64,000 nucleotides of DNA from the human T2T-CHM13v2.0 reference genome, Homo sapiens. A model generated the notes under the pieces. The model was given only the letters and a program-made list of their open reading frames with translations, did no database searches and was not told where the DNA came from. Shown piece after piece: positions 33,341 through 50,617 of the stretch. A program made the translations under genes and the position numbers. How positions within the stretch are numbered: position 1 is the stretch's first letter; every line of letters begins with the position of its first letter. The DNA is taken from the NCBI RefSeq assembly GCF_009914755.1, contig NC_060926.1; one strand, given 5' to 3'.

Positions 33341-35896
33341 GGCACCCCACACTAACTGTTGAGGTTTCCAAATTATGGTGTCCATTCTCAATTGTAACAT
33401 TGTTATATAAGGGAAAATGATTGTGAAGACCTTTGTAGTAGAAAAATGTCCATCAGTTATAAATTTGAAATGTGAACTGAGCATATAAAGCATGAATGTG
33501 TGTAAGTAATCAGAAAGGACTAATGCATAATCATACATTAGCAGTGCTGAATTTCAGTCTATTTGTAAAATCTATTTATAGAAATAGAATTTCTCTATTA
33601 AATAGATGAACATTTGAATTTTGTGAGCTATTGACAAGTAGCTTAAAAAGAAGTTAGCTGTTTATTCTTAGGAATGTGAAAAGATGCTGATATTGGATTT
33701 AAGGATATCAGTCATTTTGATTAAAGCATGTGACTTAATATGTTAGCTTTCTCACAATTCAGCATGTTTTTGATGTAGTTATTTTGGCTATTTACACTAT
33801 AATCACAAAGACAACTGTGATGTTTCTTTTCAGTATACATTCAGAAATAAAGACCAATCTATTGTTTTCTAGGTGTTATATGTGTTATTAAAATTTAGGG
33901 ATTTTATTTATTTTGAATGCACTAAGTATATACATTGACTTATCCTTTTAAGAATAGTTCTGGCTTCAGTAATGTTTTGGAATGATATAGTTATTCAGAG
34001 TGAGTCAATATCAAATGTGAAATGACTGTGAAGAATAAGTGAATGTATGGTGAATTAGATAAATTAGCATCAAATGAACAGTATTTTCTCTGCTTCACTT
34101 TCCTGCACAACATTTTAAGGTTGATATTTTAGGAAATAATCTCAATCCATTAATTTTATGGAGTATCTTCTGCCACTGCTAACAGAACAGATGATCGTTT
34201 CTATGCCAGAATTAAATTCTATAAATAAGTTATAGATGAACACATAAAAAGTCATTGAGTGTGAGAAAATTGATATCTGTACCACTGTGTGATACCTTGT
34301 ACTCTCCTACAGACTCCCAGAAAAAGTTGAAAGTGAAATTATAATTGAGAAATATTTAAGTACTTAGGATTCCTTCAATATGGTAAAATTGTATAATTTT
34401 TATGCCATTTTTAGAAGCCAAGGGAGAATAAAGGAAGTAGAGAATTTACCTGCAAAGTAGTATGTTCTAATGAAGTTTAGTACAAAGTCTGTAGAAAAAA
34501 TACTGAAAATATAAAGTAAGTCATTTTGAAAAGATCAATTTGTGGGAGTATGTACATAAATGAATAAAACATACCATTTACAAGTTTTATAAAGAACCTT
34601 AGTTCATGCTGTTCCATTCTCTGTTAGTGATTTGTGTTAGTAATTTTATTCTAGTAAGATAATTTGACTTAATGGTTTTAAAATGACTTATTTCCTTACA
34701 GTTCTGGGCCTATACGGAGGCAAATTATTTGGCTATGTACATACACAATGGTTTTCATGATGGAAAACATGCCCCCTTCTGCCAATGCACTCCCCTCCTC
34801 AACATCTTCCAGAGAACTTTGATTACAGCATAATGTTGAAAAGCTCCACGAAAAGATTCACAAGAATTATTTGATCATGTCATGTATTACCAGCCCACAC
34901 AAATGTATGATTAAATTAATGTGTGGATTATGTAAGACCTTCTTATGTAATTTTTTTCAGTCATTATGACTGAATTTTCTTCCTCTTCAACTTTATTAAA
35001 ATATCTCTAAGTTTTGTAAAAGGTTTCTGTTACCTCGATCTAATCTCTTTTTAAGTAGGTATTTTCTATGCAGGTGACCACTACCTCATTTTTTAAAATC
35101 TCTGACCCAGTAAATGTTTCTGAAACTGGATTCTCTTTTCTAATCCTCTACTTAATATTTCTTCTTTGATATTTCAGTGTCATAAGCAGCTCAAGTCCTA
35201 GTTAGTTATATGCAGGTGGTTTTCCTAGGGAGAAAAGAGTACATTTCCTGCAGACTAGAATTAGTCAGGGGCAAGAGGGCACACAAGTGGCTCTGTTTTA
35301 TAGCATTGATTCAATTTTATTTGTATTAGATTTATATATTTTTGAAACATTTGCTTCCTTTCTCAGAATGCAAAACTCTAGAAAATAAACTTGTCTCCTG
35401 CTGATGCTGTGCACTATGTCTTACACAAAATAAGGAGCCAAAAATTTAATGTTCACTCATTCTGTATGTATTCTGTTGTCAACCTGCCTTGTTTCATTTG
35501 CTTAGTTTTATAAGAGTTTTTTTATGTTTTTCCTTTCAGAGGATCACAATATAAGAAAGGAACAAAGAGGTTAACTCACAATCATGATAGACGGTGGTCC
35601 ATGCCCTTGTGCCATGTGCTCTTCACATTCTAAACTCTATGGAAAACTCTGGTTTCTCCACTCACGCCTGCTAGAATTTAACATCTTGTGTGGTTCAAGG
35701 ATGTGGGAACTCTATTGTACCATCAAATTTAGAAAGCAATATATTTATTCAAGAGATCAAGATATATCACTATGGTTTGAAAAACTTTGTTTTTCTTTTT
35801 GCTGGTTTTCATCTTTGGATCCATTCTTTCTTCTGTAACTTGTTCAACATATCTGATACAGTTAGAAAAATTCAGATCTCTTTCACTTCAAAAGAA

Positions 35897-36275
35897 TGTA
35901 TTAATAATCTCGGGCTACCATAACAAGATGCAACAGACAGGTTGGCTTCATTAAACACCAGGCATTTATTTTCTCACAGTTATAGAAACTGAAAGTCCAA
36001 GATCAAAATGCTTTAGGGTTGGTTTTTCATGAGGCATTTTCCTAGCTTCTTGCTGTGACCTCAGATGGCCTTTCTTCTGTCCTTCTACAACTGAGAGCGC
36101 TCTGGTGTCTTTCTCTCCTTATTAACAACACAAGTTTTAGCAGATTAGGGACCTACTCTTGTGAAACCATTTAACCTTAATTATTTCTATAAGGGTCCTA
36201 TCTCCAAGTATACTGGCATTGGTGATTAGAATTTCAATGTATAAAATTTAGGGGAACACAAGTCAATCCATAACA
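35897..36275 (-). mobile_element. MLT1A-like MaLR solo LTR
   Basis: TGTATTA..GGGCTACCATAACAA ... AAGTCCAAGATCAA ... CAATCCATAACA. Confidence 0.8.
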
Positions 36276-36404
36276 AAAATATCTATAAAAGTTCCACCAG
36301 TGATGCTTGAGTGATCCAGTTTCTCCCCATCCTCATCAGCATTTGGTGCCATCATTATTTTATTTTTGAAAATAGTGTTTTTTATGATGAACAGAATATT
36401 AAAA

Positions 36405-38262
36405 TTTTACTTTTTAATTATTATTTTTTATTTTGCTTTTAAGTGAAAATATAAATGTACATATTTATGGGGCACGATGTGATGTTTTGATGAATATATA
36501 TGTTGTGGAATGGTCAGATAAGGGTAATTAGCCATCACCTCAAATATGTATCATTTCTTTATGGTGAGAACATTAAAAATCCTCTCTTTTAGCTATTTTA
36601 AAATGCACGATACATTATTATTAACTATAGTCACCTTACTGTGAAAAAAAATTTATTCCTCCTAACTGTAACTTTTTTTTCCATTGACCAAAGGCTTCCC
36701 TTTCCCTGTCTACCTCTTCTGCCTCTAGCCTCTGGTAACAACCATTCTACTCTAAACTTCTATGAGTTTGACTTTTTTAGTTTCCATGTATAAGTTACGT
36801 TATATAGTATTTGTCTCTCTGTTTGGCTTATTTTACTCAGCATGCTGTCCCCTAGGTTCATCCATGCTGTCATAAAGGCAGAATTGCCTGTTTGGTTTTT
36901 TTTTTCTTTTTAAGAATGGATCATATTCTATTGTGTATGTACAGTATATCACATTTTTTATTCCACTCATCTGTTGATAGACACTCAAGTTGTTTTCATA
37001 TCCTGGCCATTGTAAATAATGCTGCAATGAACAGGGGCATGCAGACACCTTTTTAGCATACCAATTTCAATTCCTTTGGGCATATACCCAATAGTGGGAT
37101 TGCTGGATTATATGGTAATTCTGTTTTAGGTTTTTGAGGAGCTTCCACAGTATTTTTCAAAATACTGTATAAATATTTTCAAAATATTGTATAATATTTT
37201 GTATAATACTGTATAAATATTTCAAAATATTGTATAAATTTACAATACCACCAATGATGTATAAGGATTCCCTTTTCTCCATATTCTTGCCAACACTTGT
37301 TGTCTTTTATCTTTTTGATAATAGCCAATCTAACAGGTATAAAGTGGTATCTAATTGTGGTTTTAATTTACATTTCTGTGATGATTATAGGTGTTGAGCC
37401 GTTTTTATATATATGTTGTCCAGATATATATAGTTGGAAGCTATAAGTCACTGATGAAAGAAATTGAATGTAACAAAAATAAACGTAAAGATATCTCATG
37501 TTTATAGATTAGAAAAATTGAATTTTTGATGTTTACACTACCCAAAGCAATCTACAAATGCAATGCAATCTTTATCAAAATTCCAATGTCATTCTTTATA
37601 GAAACAGAAGTTACAAAAAAACCCTAATAGCTAAAGCAAACTTGAGAAAAAGAAATCTGAAGGCATCACACTATTAGATTACATTACAAAGATTTCAGTT
37701 TACATTACAAAGCTATATTTATCATAAAGCATAATATTCGCATAAAAACAGATAAATTGACCAATGGAACAGGACAAAGAGCCCAAAATAAACCCACATG
37801 CCTATAGTAAGTTGATTTTCAACAAAAGTGTGAGGAACACATGAGGAGAAAAGGACAGTCCCTCAATAAATGATGTTGGGAAAACTGAGTATCTAATACA
37901 AAAAAATAAAAATGGGCCTTTGTCTCAGTTCCTACACAAGAATCACCTTAAAATGAATTAAAAAGTTGAATGCAATAGGAGCAAAAGTCTACGACATTGG
38001 TCTGGAAAGAGTTTTAGGGAAAAAAGTGAAAATAGACAAATGGGATTTTATGAAACTATAATAAAAACGTTCTACGTAGCAAAGAAAACAATTAATTGAG
38101 AGACAGCCCATGGATTCGGATGAAATATTTGCAGATCACGTAACTGATAAGGAACAAATATCTAAAATATACAAGGAACCCAAACTACTCAATAACAAGA
38201 AAAAAAAATCTATGAAAAGTGAACAGAAGACTTGAACATAAATTTATACAAAAAAGACACTA
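36405..38262 (-). mobile_element. L1MA-type element with 5' inversion (minus ~36405-37425, plus ~37435-38262)
   Basis: Minus 3'UTR/ORF2 end to ..GTGTTGAGCCGTTTTTATA; plus-strand CTGATGAAAGAAATTGAA ... GACTTGAACATAAATTT..AAAAAGACA. Confidence 0.82.
37150..37240. repeat. Degenerate ~20-bp AT-rich tandem repeat (TTTCAAAATA(C/T)TGTATAAATA) within L1
   Basis: About four imperfect units read directly. Confidence 0.75.
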
Positions 38263-38411
38263 AAAAATTTTAGACATTATTATAATTATAGGTATATGGA
38301 ATGTCATTTAATTTGAAATTGCATTTAGTTTTGATTTGCATTTCTTTAATGGCTGATGATGTGAAACAGGCTTTATGTTCTTACTTGCCTTCTGTATATC
38401 CTTTTCAGTAA

Positions 38412-38799
<388 letters not shown>

Positions 38800-39741
38800 T
38801 ATATAGGAGTTTTTTGTGAGATACATGGTTTGCAAAGATTTTCTCCTAGTCCATAGCTTGTATTTTCATCTTCTTATCAGGGTCTATCACAGAGCATAGG
38901 TTTTTAATTGTGATAAGGACCAACTTATCTATTTTTCTTTTATTTGATCATTCTTTTATTGTCAAGTCATTCTTTTACTGTCAAGTTTTAAGTTCCCAAA
39001 ATTTTCTTCATTTATTTTAGTAGACTTATATGAATATAGACATTCTGGAGAATAGTTTGCAATTCCTTTTTAAACTAAAAATAGACATACCATATGACCC
39101 AGCAATTTCACTCTTGCATGTATCTCAGAAAAATGAATATCTATTTCCATGAAAAAAAGTTAAAAGAAATCGTCCTAATTAGTGGATGTTAAGTTTAAAA
39201 AATAAGTGACAATAGACTCCAAAAGACCTACTGTGAACTTTGCCTTTGTAACCTTTATGTCATTAGTCAGCCTTAAATATAAAAAACAGGGTTTTCGTCA
39301 TCGTTGTTGTTATGTTAGTGCACACTCTGAACAATAAATGTAGTCTGAATGCCGCAGCTTTCAGCTTGTGGCAAGGTGTCTTCTAATATATTCCTTCATT
39401 TTTGCTGCTTTTGTTTTATCTCAACCCCCAATTACTCTAGCCTATCAAAACAATTAAGCTTTTAATTGATCTTTCTTTTCTGAGTCTACTATATATGAAT
39501 TTATCATAAATATGCTTATTTTATTTATTAAATAATTCACTCAGTAAAATGAGAAAATTATTATTGAATAACTGTTTTACCTTGATTAAAGAGGCAAGCT
39601 GAAACTTGTATTACCAATCATACTGTGTATTTGATTACTCAAATCCTATACAGCAGTATACAGAAATTGTTCACATCAAAATAAAACCACATATTCTAAG
39701 AAACGACAATTGTTCCCCCAAATTTAGTAAAATTTCTATGT

Positions 39742-40605
39742 AGAGTTACGCACAGGTACACAGTTGGTCAATAAATCACATATACAGTGGTGGTCTCATA
39801 AAACTATAATGGAGCTAAAAAAATTTCATCACCTAGGGATGTTGTATCCATCAAAATGTTGTAGTGCAATGCATTACTCACATGTCTGTGGTAATCCTGG
39901 CATAAATAAACCTATTGCACTACAAGTCATATAAAAGTATAGCACATAAAACTATGTAGAGTATCTAACACTTGATAATAAAGAATTATGTTGCTGGTTT
40001 ATGTATTTACTATATTCTTTTTTTGTAGAGTGTACTCCTTCTACTTATAAAAAATGTTAACTGTAGAACAGCCTGAGGTAGGTCCTTCAGGAGGTATTCC
40101 AGATGATGCATTGTGATGACAAGAGATGACAGTTCCGTGTGTGTTATTGCCCCTGAAATCCTTCAAGTGGGACAAGACATTGAGGTGGAAGACAGTGATA
40201 TTGGTGATCCTGACCTTGTGTAGGCCTGGGGTAATGTGTATGTTTGTGTCTTAGTTTTCAAGAAAAAAGTTTGAAAAGTTAAAAAAATTATTTTAATAAT
40301 GTTTATAGAATAATAATATAAAAATTGACATAGTTGTACAATGTGTTTGTGCTTTAAGTGAAATGTTTTTACAAAATAGCCAAAAAGCTAAAGAAATTAA
40401 GGTTAATTGATAAATGAAGAAAATTATTATTATAAATTTAGTACAACCTAAGTGTACAATGTTTATAAAGTCTATAGTAATGTACATTAATGTCCTCAGC
40501 CTTCACATTTAGTCACCTCTCACTGACTCACCCAATCCAACTTCCAATCCTACAAGCTTCGTTCATGGGAAGTGCCATATATAGGTGTACCTTTTTTCAA
40601 TCTTT
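39742..40605 (+). mobile_element. Tigger3b-like TcMar DNA transposon
   Basis: TATAATGGAGCTAAAAA, TATAAAAGTATAGCACATA, GGTCCTTCAGGAGGTATTCCAG, GAGGTGGAAGACAGTGATATTG match recalled Tigger3b. Confidence 0.88.
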
Positions 40606-40769
40606 TAAAATTGAGAATGGACTGAAATTTTTCAGGATAAAGATTAGAATGCAATTATTTAAAAAAATTAGTTTCACATGAATATCACTTATCTAAATTG
40701 ACAGTTATTCACTTGTTTATTAGAGCCAAGAGTTTGAAAAGGAAATATAAACTTGGGCATCATCAACAT

Positions 40770-41094
40770 ATAGTTGGCTCTCCATATCTGCACGTTCTCC
40801 ATATGCAGATTCTACCAACTGCCTATCAAAAGTATTTGAAGGACAAAATAAAAATACAACAATAAAAATAATACAAATAAAATAAGTATAATAACTATTC
40901 ACATATCATTTACATTGTATGGGGTGCTATATGAGGTGCTATAAGTAATCTAGAGATGATTTGAGGTTTGCAGGAAGATTTACCTAGGTTATATGCATAG
41001 ATTACACCATTTTATGTAAGGGACTTGAACATTCACAAATCTTGGTACTCACAGGAGTCCTGGAGTCAATCTGCAGATTCCAAGTGATGACTGT
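40770..41094. mobile_element. MER2-like TcMar-Tigger element
   Basis: AGTTGGCTCTCCATATCTG ... ATAAGTAATCTAGAGATGATTT ... AAGGGACTTGAACAT ... ATGACTGTA. Confidence 0.85.
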
Positions 41095-41563
41095 AATGAC
41101 TGAATTAAAACTGTGTGACTGGATGATATTGGCAAAGAAGTGAGAGTATATAGAAAAGTGAAGAGATCAAGAACTAAACTTGAGTTCTCCAAAATCAAGC
41201 GTTTTCACAAAAGAGAATGAACTAGAAATGGATAAAGAGGAGATATAAATAATATAGAAAACGTGCCAAAAATGTTTGTAGTCTCAGATATCAAGATTAA
41301 ACTGACAATAACTATGACTATGTATTTAAGAGAAACAAACTCAGCCATTCTATCCATAATTTAACAGATTAAGGTCAATTGTATGTGGTGGAATTATCCA
41401 TGTGATCTGCTCTGAGTGGTTTTATCCATGTGGCTTTATCTGAGTTCTAGTAATGACTTGGCTTCCTCAAGGCATTTTAATACTTACTAATAACTAGCCT
41501 TGGTAAATATCTCCCATACCTATTCAGCTTATAGTATTTCTCAACAGATGCAGGGTTTGAATT

Positions 41564-42405
41564 TGTCAATCTGAAATAACTGAAAGGATTAGAATCCAGT
41601 TTAAAAGTTTATTTAAGCACTAAGCTAAGAACGGCCATTGCGATAACACAAACTCCAAAGGAATGGTGTCGTGCCTTGAAGTTAAAAGTCAAGGTCTTCC
41701 TTACATAGGCAGAAAACAAATAAATGTAGTGGGACTGTAACAGTTTTTATATAAGGCTGGTTTGGTTTATGAGTGTAAGTAATTTAATTAGTTACAGTTT
41801 GTTCTCTTTCCTATCGCTTATTTTCTTTTCCTTTTGAATTTAAAAGAGTATATTTCATGGACAGAAAGATGGGAACAATATACACTGGGAATACTAGAAG
41901 AGGAGAGTGGAAGAGAAAGGACTGAATAACTACCTACTGGGTACTATGCTCACTAACTGGGTGATGGGGTCCTTCGTACCCCAAACCTTAGCAGAACGCA
42001 ATATACCCTTATAACAAACCTGTACATACACCACCTTAATCTAAAACACATGTTGAAATTATAAAAATAAAATAAAATAGAAGAGTGTATTTAAACATGT
42101 TGCCTTGGACACTGTGATAGTCATGCAGTCCTCGCATGAGAAAGGAAAGAGGGAAGTTAATCTATAATACATAACAAAAGTTAAGATGGAAGGGGTCCTC
42201 CCTGGTGCCCTTTAGTCATTTATAACATTTTATAGAACAATGTAGATAAGGAAAAAGACTAGTCTATAATTAGAGAAACACAGTTCACAGCTTCCTAGGT
42301 TATGGCTGCCTATTTATGTGGCTCAGGTCTCATAATCACATTCCGTTAGAGCTCAAAATATTTTAAGGTTCCAACAGCTTAGATTGTGAATTATTTATTT
42401 TCACA
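41564..42405 (-). mobile_element. ERV1 solo LTR (MER4 group, MER39-like), interrupted by an L1 3' end
   Basis: TGTCAATCTGAAATAA ... GTTCCAACAGCTTAGATT..TTATTTTCACA with TG/CA termini; subfamily uncertain. Confidence 0.7.
41856..42080 (+). mobile_element. L1PA15/16-like short 3' end
   Basis: CTACCTACTGGGTACTATGCTCACTAACTGGGTGATGGG..; A-rich tail; TSD AAGAGT(A/G)TATTT. Confidence 0.85.
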
Positions 42406-42689
42406 TACAACACATCTGCAACTCTAATATTGACCAGCATTTTAAACCCAACTCAATAACCAGGAATAGGGACTCACTGTGTTGAGTCCTTTCCAGAGAC
42501 CACTGACAACCACAGAGTTCAAAGTTCAATGATTTTGTTTTCTTCTTGTTATTTGTTAAAAGCCTGGCTAAAGGTTCATATTAAAATTTTTAACAGCAAA
42601 ACAATATAGAGACAAATTAGTTCAATACACAAAAATAGGCTCTGTGCACTTTTCTCTAAAAGGAAGCCCCACAAAATATTGTTGGTCTT

Positions 42690-45290
<2,601 letters not shown>

Positions 45291-46799
45291 TAGTTTGTAT
45301 ATCTTGATCTGGCCACAGGTAATAAGGCTTCTAACTTTAGGCATTTCATCTTAAGCTGGTGGGGAATTTAGTATAGTACATATTTTTCTGACATTATTTT
45401 AATTGATTGTTAAAAATTTCACTCAATAGTTTTATTTTATACTTTGTTATTACAAAGTAATTTGATAATAAAAATGAATACAAAACCAGGCATGCTTATC
45501 TTAGTAAAAGGAGAAAAAGATAAATTACTGGCAGATTCTTTTTTCACTTAAATTAGTTATTGAATGTTAAATTAAAAAAAACACTCTAATGATGGGCTAA
45601 ATAATTAATGCCCCTTAAAATAAATAAATGTAAACCACAGTTTCTTAAGGAGCCCTTTTAATCATTAATAAATAACATAAACAACTACCATAACCTAAAG
45701 AAAATCTAAATATTAACCCCTTTCATAATGCCTCTTCAAAGGACAAAGGAAGAAGAGATGGATGGGGCATAATTAAAAAAAACTCTTGAAGCTTACTATA
45801 GTCTTAAATATGGGCATAGAGGACCACCGAAGGTTTGGATAATCCATTTTAGTATCACCCACTGCCAAAACCACACAATCCAAACCCTTAGTTCAGGAAT
45901 AATACACGTTAGTTTAGCAGAGAGAAGTTGTGTTGCTTGGGATCCTTGATTTTGAGTTATGCCAAGTAAAAGGTTGTTATGACAGTTTCTCAGATTTAAT
46001 GATCATAAAATCCTAGGAGTGAGTGTATGTAATTTAAATGTTTGACCTTCTTTGACATCTCAAGCTCCTTAGTATCTTTACAATAATTCTCCATTTCTGA
46101 GGATACACTGGAACTGAACCAAAATGTGACCTACATGGCAGACTAGAAAAAACATACTGTAAAACACAAAGTATTTATGTAAATGGAATAATAATTGGAA
46201 TTAAGGAAGTTAATTGGTAGCCATTGGCTCAAAGTTTGGATTATGAAGTATTAAGGTAACTAGGTAATAAATCTCTTACTACTACTGCTACTGCCACTAC
46301 TACTACTGACAATATTAGAATCCTTTCTTCAAATTAAAACCATTTAAACAATAAATATATGAAACTGATAAAAGCAGCTCTGTTCCGTTTAAATTAGGGA
46401 ATGAAGGCACTGTAGGTTTGCTTCCTCAGGCCCTGCTCTGCACCTCACCATAGGAAAATCCTTAGTCTCAGGGCCTTAAATATTACAGTTTGGAAGCTCT
46501 ATATGATGACATTTAATGCCAAACAATTGAGTTATAAAACAAAAATAAAAATATTTTAGGAAATTAAAATGAGTGCTTTTGTAAGGCTGTATTATCCAAG
46601 AGAAAAAGAATGAACAAAATAAGTTACCTGATGATTGAAATAAAGTAGCTATTGGTTTAGTGGACATAGTAAAAAAGAAATTAAGAGGAAAACAAATTGC
46701 TAAAACAAACAAAAACAAGAATAGGGGTTGATGGCTGACTAGATAGTCATGACAAAATAAGTCATTACTTAAGAAAGATTGTATGTGCACATACTAATG

Positions 46800-47300
46800 T
46801 AATGTTTAAAAGCAAGTGCTTTTGAATGAGACTCATCTAGGTTTCATGGAAATGTAAGTGGGTCTTAGATTTCCAGCTCTGCTACTTATTAGATATTTGA
46901 AGGTGAGCAAAGAACTTAAACCTAATTAACCTCAGATTCTGCATTTGTAATAGAAACAATATCTTCCTCTTCCAAACATTAATTTATTTGCTCAACACAA
47001 GTTTATTGTCTAAATGCTATTAGACAGTCATATTATTGTGGATTTTCCCATGAATGTTAGATTCATGTCAAGAGGTTCTTTAACACGGAGCTTACAATTA
47101 AACGGAAAAAACAGAAATTGAATATATGCTTTCAAGAGTATTGAATATATGCTTTCAAGGGTAGTGAATATGAGAAAAGAGCAATAGAAGATACCATGCT
47201 AGCATACAATAGGATTACAGGACTGTTGTGAGGATTAATATGAGAGATAACATAGGTAAACCTTATAGTACAAGGCTGTACTATTGTGCATGCATTTATG
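46800..47300. mobile_element. MIR fragments (46800-46965, 47210-47300) flanking an L2-like piece
   Basis: CCAGCTCTGCTACTTATTAG..AACCTCAG..TTTGTAA and GTTGTGAGGATTAA MIR core motifs. Confidence 0.6.
47117..47159. repeat. Tandem duplication of ATTGAATATATGCTTTCAAG (23-bp period)
   Basis: Two exact 20-bp copies read directly. Confidence 0.9.
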
Positions 47301-47929
47301 TAACAAGGCTGTTGTTTTTGTTTGTGCTTTGGGGATAAATAGGACAGTGTCAAGTCTGAAAACTTTTGAGTGATTCCAAATTGGATGGAAACACAGGTCA
47401 CCAACTCAACAAATCCACAAAGATAAATCTTTCAAAGAATAAACTAAGTTATGATTATCCATATTGCTTTTGAGAATATTATAAAACAAATCTTATTTTT
47501 TTAAGTAAAACACTGAAAACCTGGGAGATAGAAAATGGTGATTTTTCAAGAGGGATATTAATTGTAGTCATACACACATGGTGAAAAATTTTAAAAATAG
47601 CCCTAGAAATATCAATAGCAGCAAACTGGTGTAACAGGAAAACATAAGTCCAGAGTAGTAGACAAAGTCAGATATTCTAGGGTTTATTAAAGTGGTTGAA
47701 CCTTTTCATTTCAGAATGCTATTGTACTTTCTTGTTTCACCACAAGAATTTAAAGGAACACAGATTTGATAAAGTTGATCTGGTAAAGAAAGGTGAAATT
47801 CCTTTCTATAGCTCACTTAGTCAAACTATATGAATAGGTAATTTTAAAGCAAGTTTTTTCTAAATGAAAGGGAGTGTCAGAATTTGGGAATCAGATAATC
47901 CTTATTAAGTAATTTTTAAAAATTAGTAC

Positions 47930-48320
47930 TTCTTTTTTTATTTTATTATTATTATACTTTAAGTTTTAGGGTACATGTGCACAACATGCAGGTTTGTTAC
48001 AGATGTATACATGTGCCATGTTGGTGTGCCGCACCCATTAACTCATCATTTAGCATTAGGTATATCTCCTAATGCTATCCCTCCCCCCTCCCCCCACCCC
48101 ACAACAGTCCCAGGTGTGTGATGTTCCCCTTCCTGTGTCCATGTGTTCTCATTGTTCAATTTCCACCTATGAGTGAGAACATGCGGTGTTTGGTTTTTTG
48201 TCCTTGCAATAGTTTGCTGAGAATGATGGTTTTCAGCTTCATCCATGTCCCTACAAAGGACATGAACTCATGATTTTTTATGGCTGCATAGTATTCCATG
48301 GTGTATATGTGCCACATTTT
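47930..48320 (-). mobile_element. L1PA3-like 5'-truncated 3' end (copy C)
   Basis: TTTAGCATTAGG and CACAACAGTCCC diagnostics; ~390 bp. Confidence 0.92.
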
Positions 48321-50146
48321 TCTTTTCTTATCTATTCATATGATAAAGGCACAACAGCTACTTTTTGTTTTATTGGGTGATTTTGACTAGTCATAAAATT
48401 ATTCCAGTTTTTTATTTTCTTATAAATACATCTAGTGAGGAAATAAAGAAACTTACTAAAACAAAAAGTATGAAAATAGCTTTTTCTGTATTGTATATTT
48501 TTTGGTTACATCTGTCACTTATTTGGCCTATACACAGTTATTTTTATCAAAGTATATTGAGGAAATAGAAACCATTTTTAGATATTTGTAATTAGATAAT
48601 AGAGGAAACATGTTATTTAAGCCAATGTAGATATTATTTAAATTTTAACTCAAAATGAGATAGAATCCTCAAAGTCATGTACATTCATGCTTCGATTGCT
48701 TCATATTTCTAGTTCTCCATACCCTTAGGGCACTAATAACCAAAAATCAGGCACAAAACAAATGAATAACCAAAATTATATTTCACTGTGGAGAATCAAT
48801 GAAATAGAAACTTTGGATGTATTGTATTCTATAAAGCTAAAATAACTGTAAATCATTTGAACTGGATGTTTATTCCCTGATTGCTTCCTCTCATGCATGG
48901 AAAAATTATTTATGTAGGATCTACATTCCCCACAGGCAAGAAGGCATCACAGAGTGAAGAGTCAATATGCAAAGTGTCTCAGAATTGTTTGGCACATCTC
49001 TCAAGCCTTCTGCATTTTGTCCTCACACAGTTTCTTTTTAAACATCTGATCTATTCCTTTATGGAGTAGGGGAATCTTCTGATTAATATGCACTGGGGCA
49101 CCACATGGTTGCCCATCTGTGTGGGTCAGTTTCGAATCACTGATCAGGGCTGAAATTGAGTTGAAATTTAGCCAAATAGCCAGCAACAATGACCTTCAAA
49201 CCCGTGGTGGCTGGCTGATGGGCAGCTTTAGAGAATTTAATTTGCTTTAGAGCTTGTATCTCACATTCATTTCTGATATTTAAAATGAATTTATTTCTCA
49301 TACTTATTGATCTTTGCTTTTCAGATATTTAAGTTTTGGAAAGTCTTCTTTCAGATTTCCAATAGCAAATTCATCTAAATACCATTTCCTAAAAGTATTA
49401 ACTTAAAGAAATCAATAAATAAATTAAATAATGTACACATTTATACAATTTTTGGTAAGAGAAATACTGTTCTTTTATCTCTTTTTCAGGTAAAGGTAAT
49501 TAATCTATGTCTTCCTCTAATATTAGCCAGCATATTCCAATTAATAGCTGGATACTTTTTATTATTCAAACAGACAAAAACAAGTAAAGAAAATTAATCC
49601 ACTTAAGAACTGGGATAGATGACCTTTAGAAACTGAATTAAATATAGCAAAGTATATACATTTTGAAAGTAATCTATGAGTAAATTTTTCATATCCATTT
49701 ATTTGCTTTCTAATCATCTATATTTGAGAAACAGAACTATAAAACATCCTAAGGCATAACAAAGCTAATTGTCTTTTCATGTTACTATAAAGAACATTTT
49801 AATTTTTGTAATTGAGAAAAATATTTCCATGTCCCTAAATTTCCCATGTACAACCAGGGTAAGTTTTATGTTACTAAGTTAAGCATCAGATTATCTGCAT
49901 AACAGAGGAGATAATTCTAATACTTTCTTATATAGAAAGGTCATCAGAACCATCAATAACCTCTGTATTCCTTACCTCACTTTCTTTGCCTCAACTGAAT
50001 GATATCTAGGATATGTTACTAACTCTTTGTCAAGAGGTTCAAGAACAATAGCAAAAACATGGTTTCCTCACCATGTATTCTCATTCCACAACACACAATG
50101 AAAAAATAGCTTCCTTTCTAGAACATGCTATTTTTTATGGTCTAGA

Positions 50147-50617
50147 TGTTAAAGGAAAAAAAAAAAACTCTTCAATGATTCTTGTCAAAGCACGGTGAGA
50201 AAGATTTTATTCAGGACCAATGTGACAGGTATAGGAACCTCCGCAATGGGGTCTTGCAGTGCGGGAGATTGCACTCAACTCCAAATACATTGTGAGCAAG
50301 TGGAAATTTTTAGCCATGAAGGAGCATGGGGATCAGTAGGTAGAAAATTCCGAGAGCAAACTTCAGCGGTAAGTGGGGCTCTGGTTAAACCAACTTAACA
50401 GGATTCGTGCTGAAGGCAGGCCAGAGTGATCAGGTATTACCTGCGAAATGAGGAACCTGACCACATATTGAGGAAAATGAGATATGGATGATAGGGGGTT
50501 CTGGCTGAACTGACTTTGCAGGGTTCTTTGCTGAAAATGGATTTTACAAGGAAGTATACAGATAGGAGAAGGTCCAGAAGCCTGACCTAAGCTTGACCAA
50601 GCAAAGAATCTTCGTCA
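50147..50617 (-). mobile_element. MER31-like ERV1 solo LTR, nested in an older MLT1-like element
   Basis: TGTTAAAGG ... GGATTTTACAAGGAAGT..AGCCTGACCTAAGCTTGACCAAGCAAAGAATCTTCGTCA; flanks TAGA/TAGG. Confidence 0.8.
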
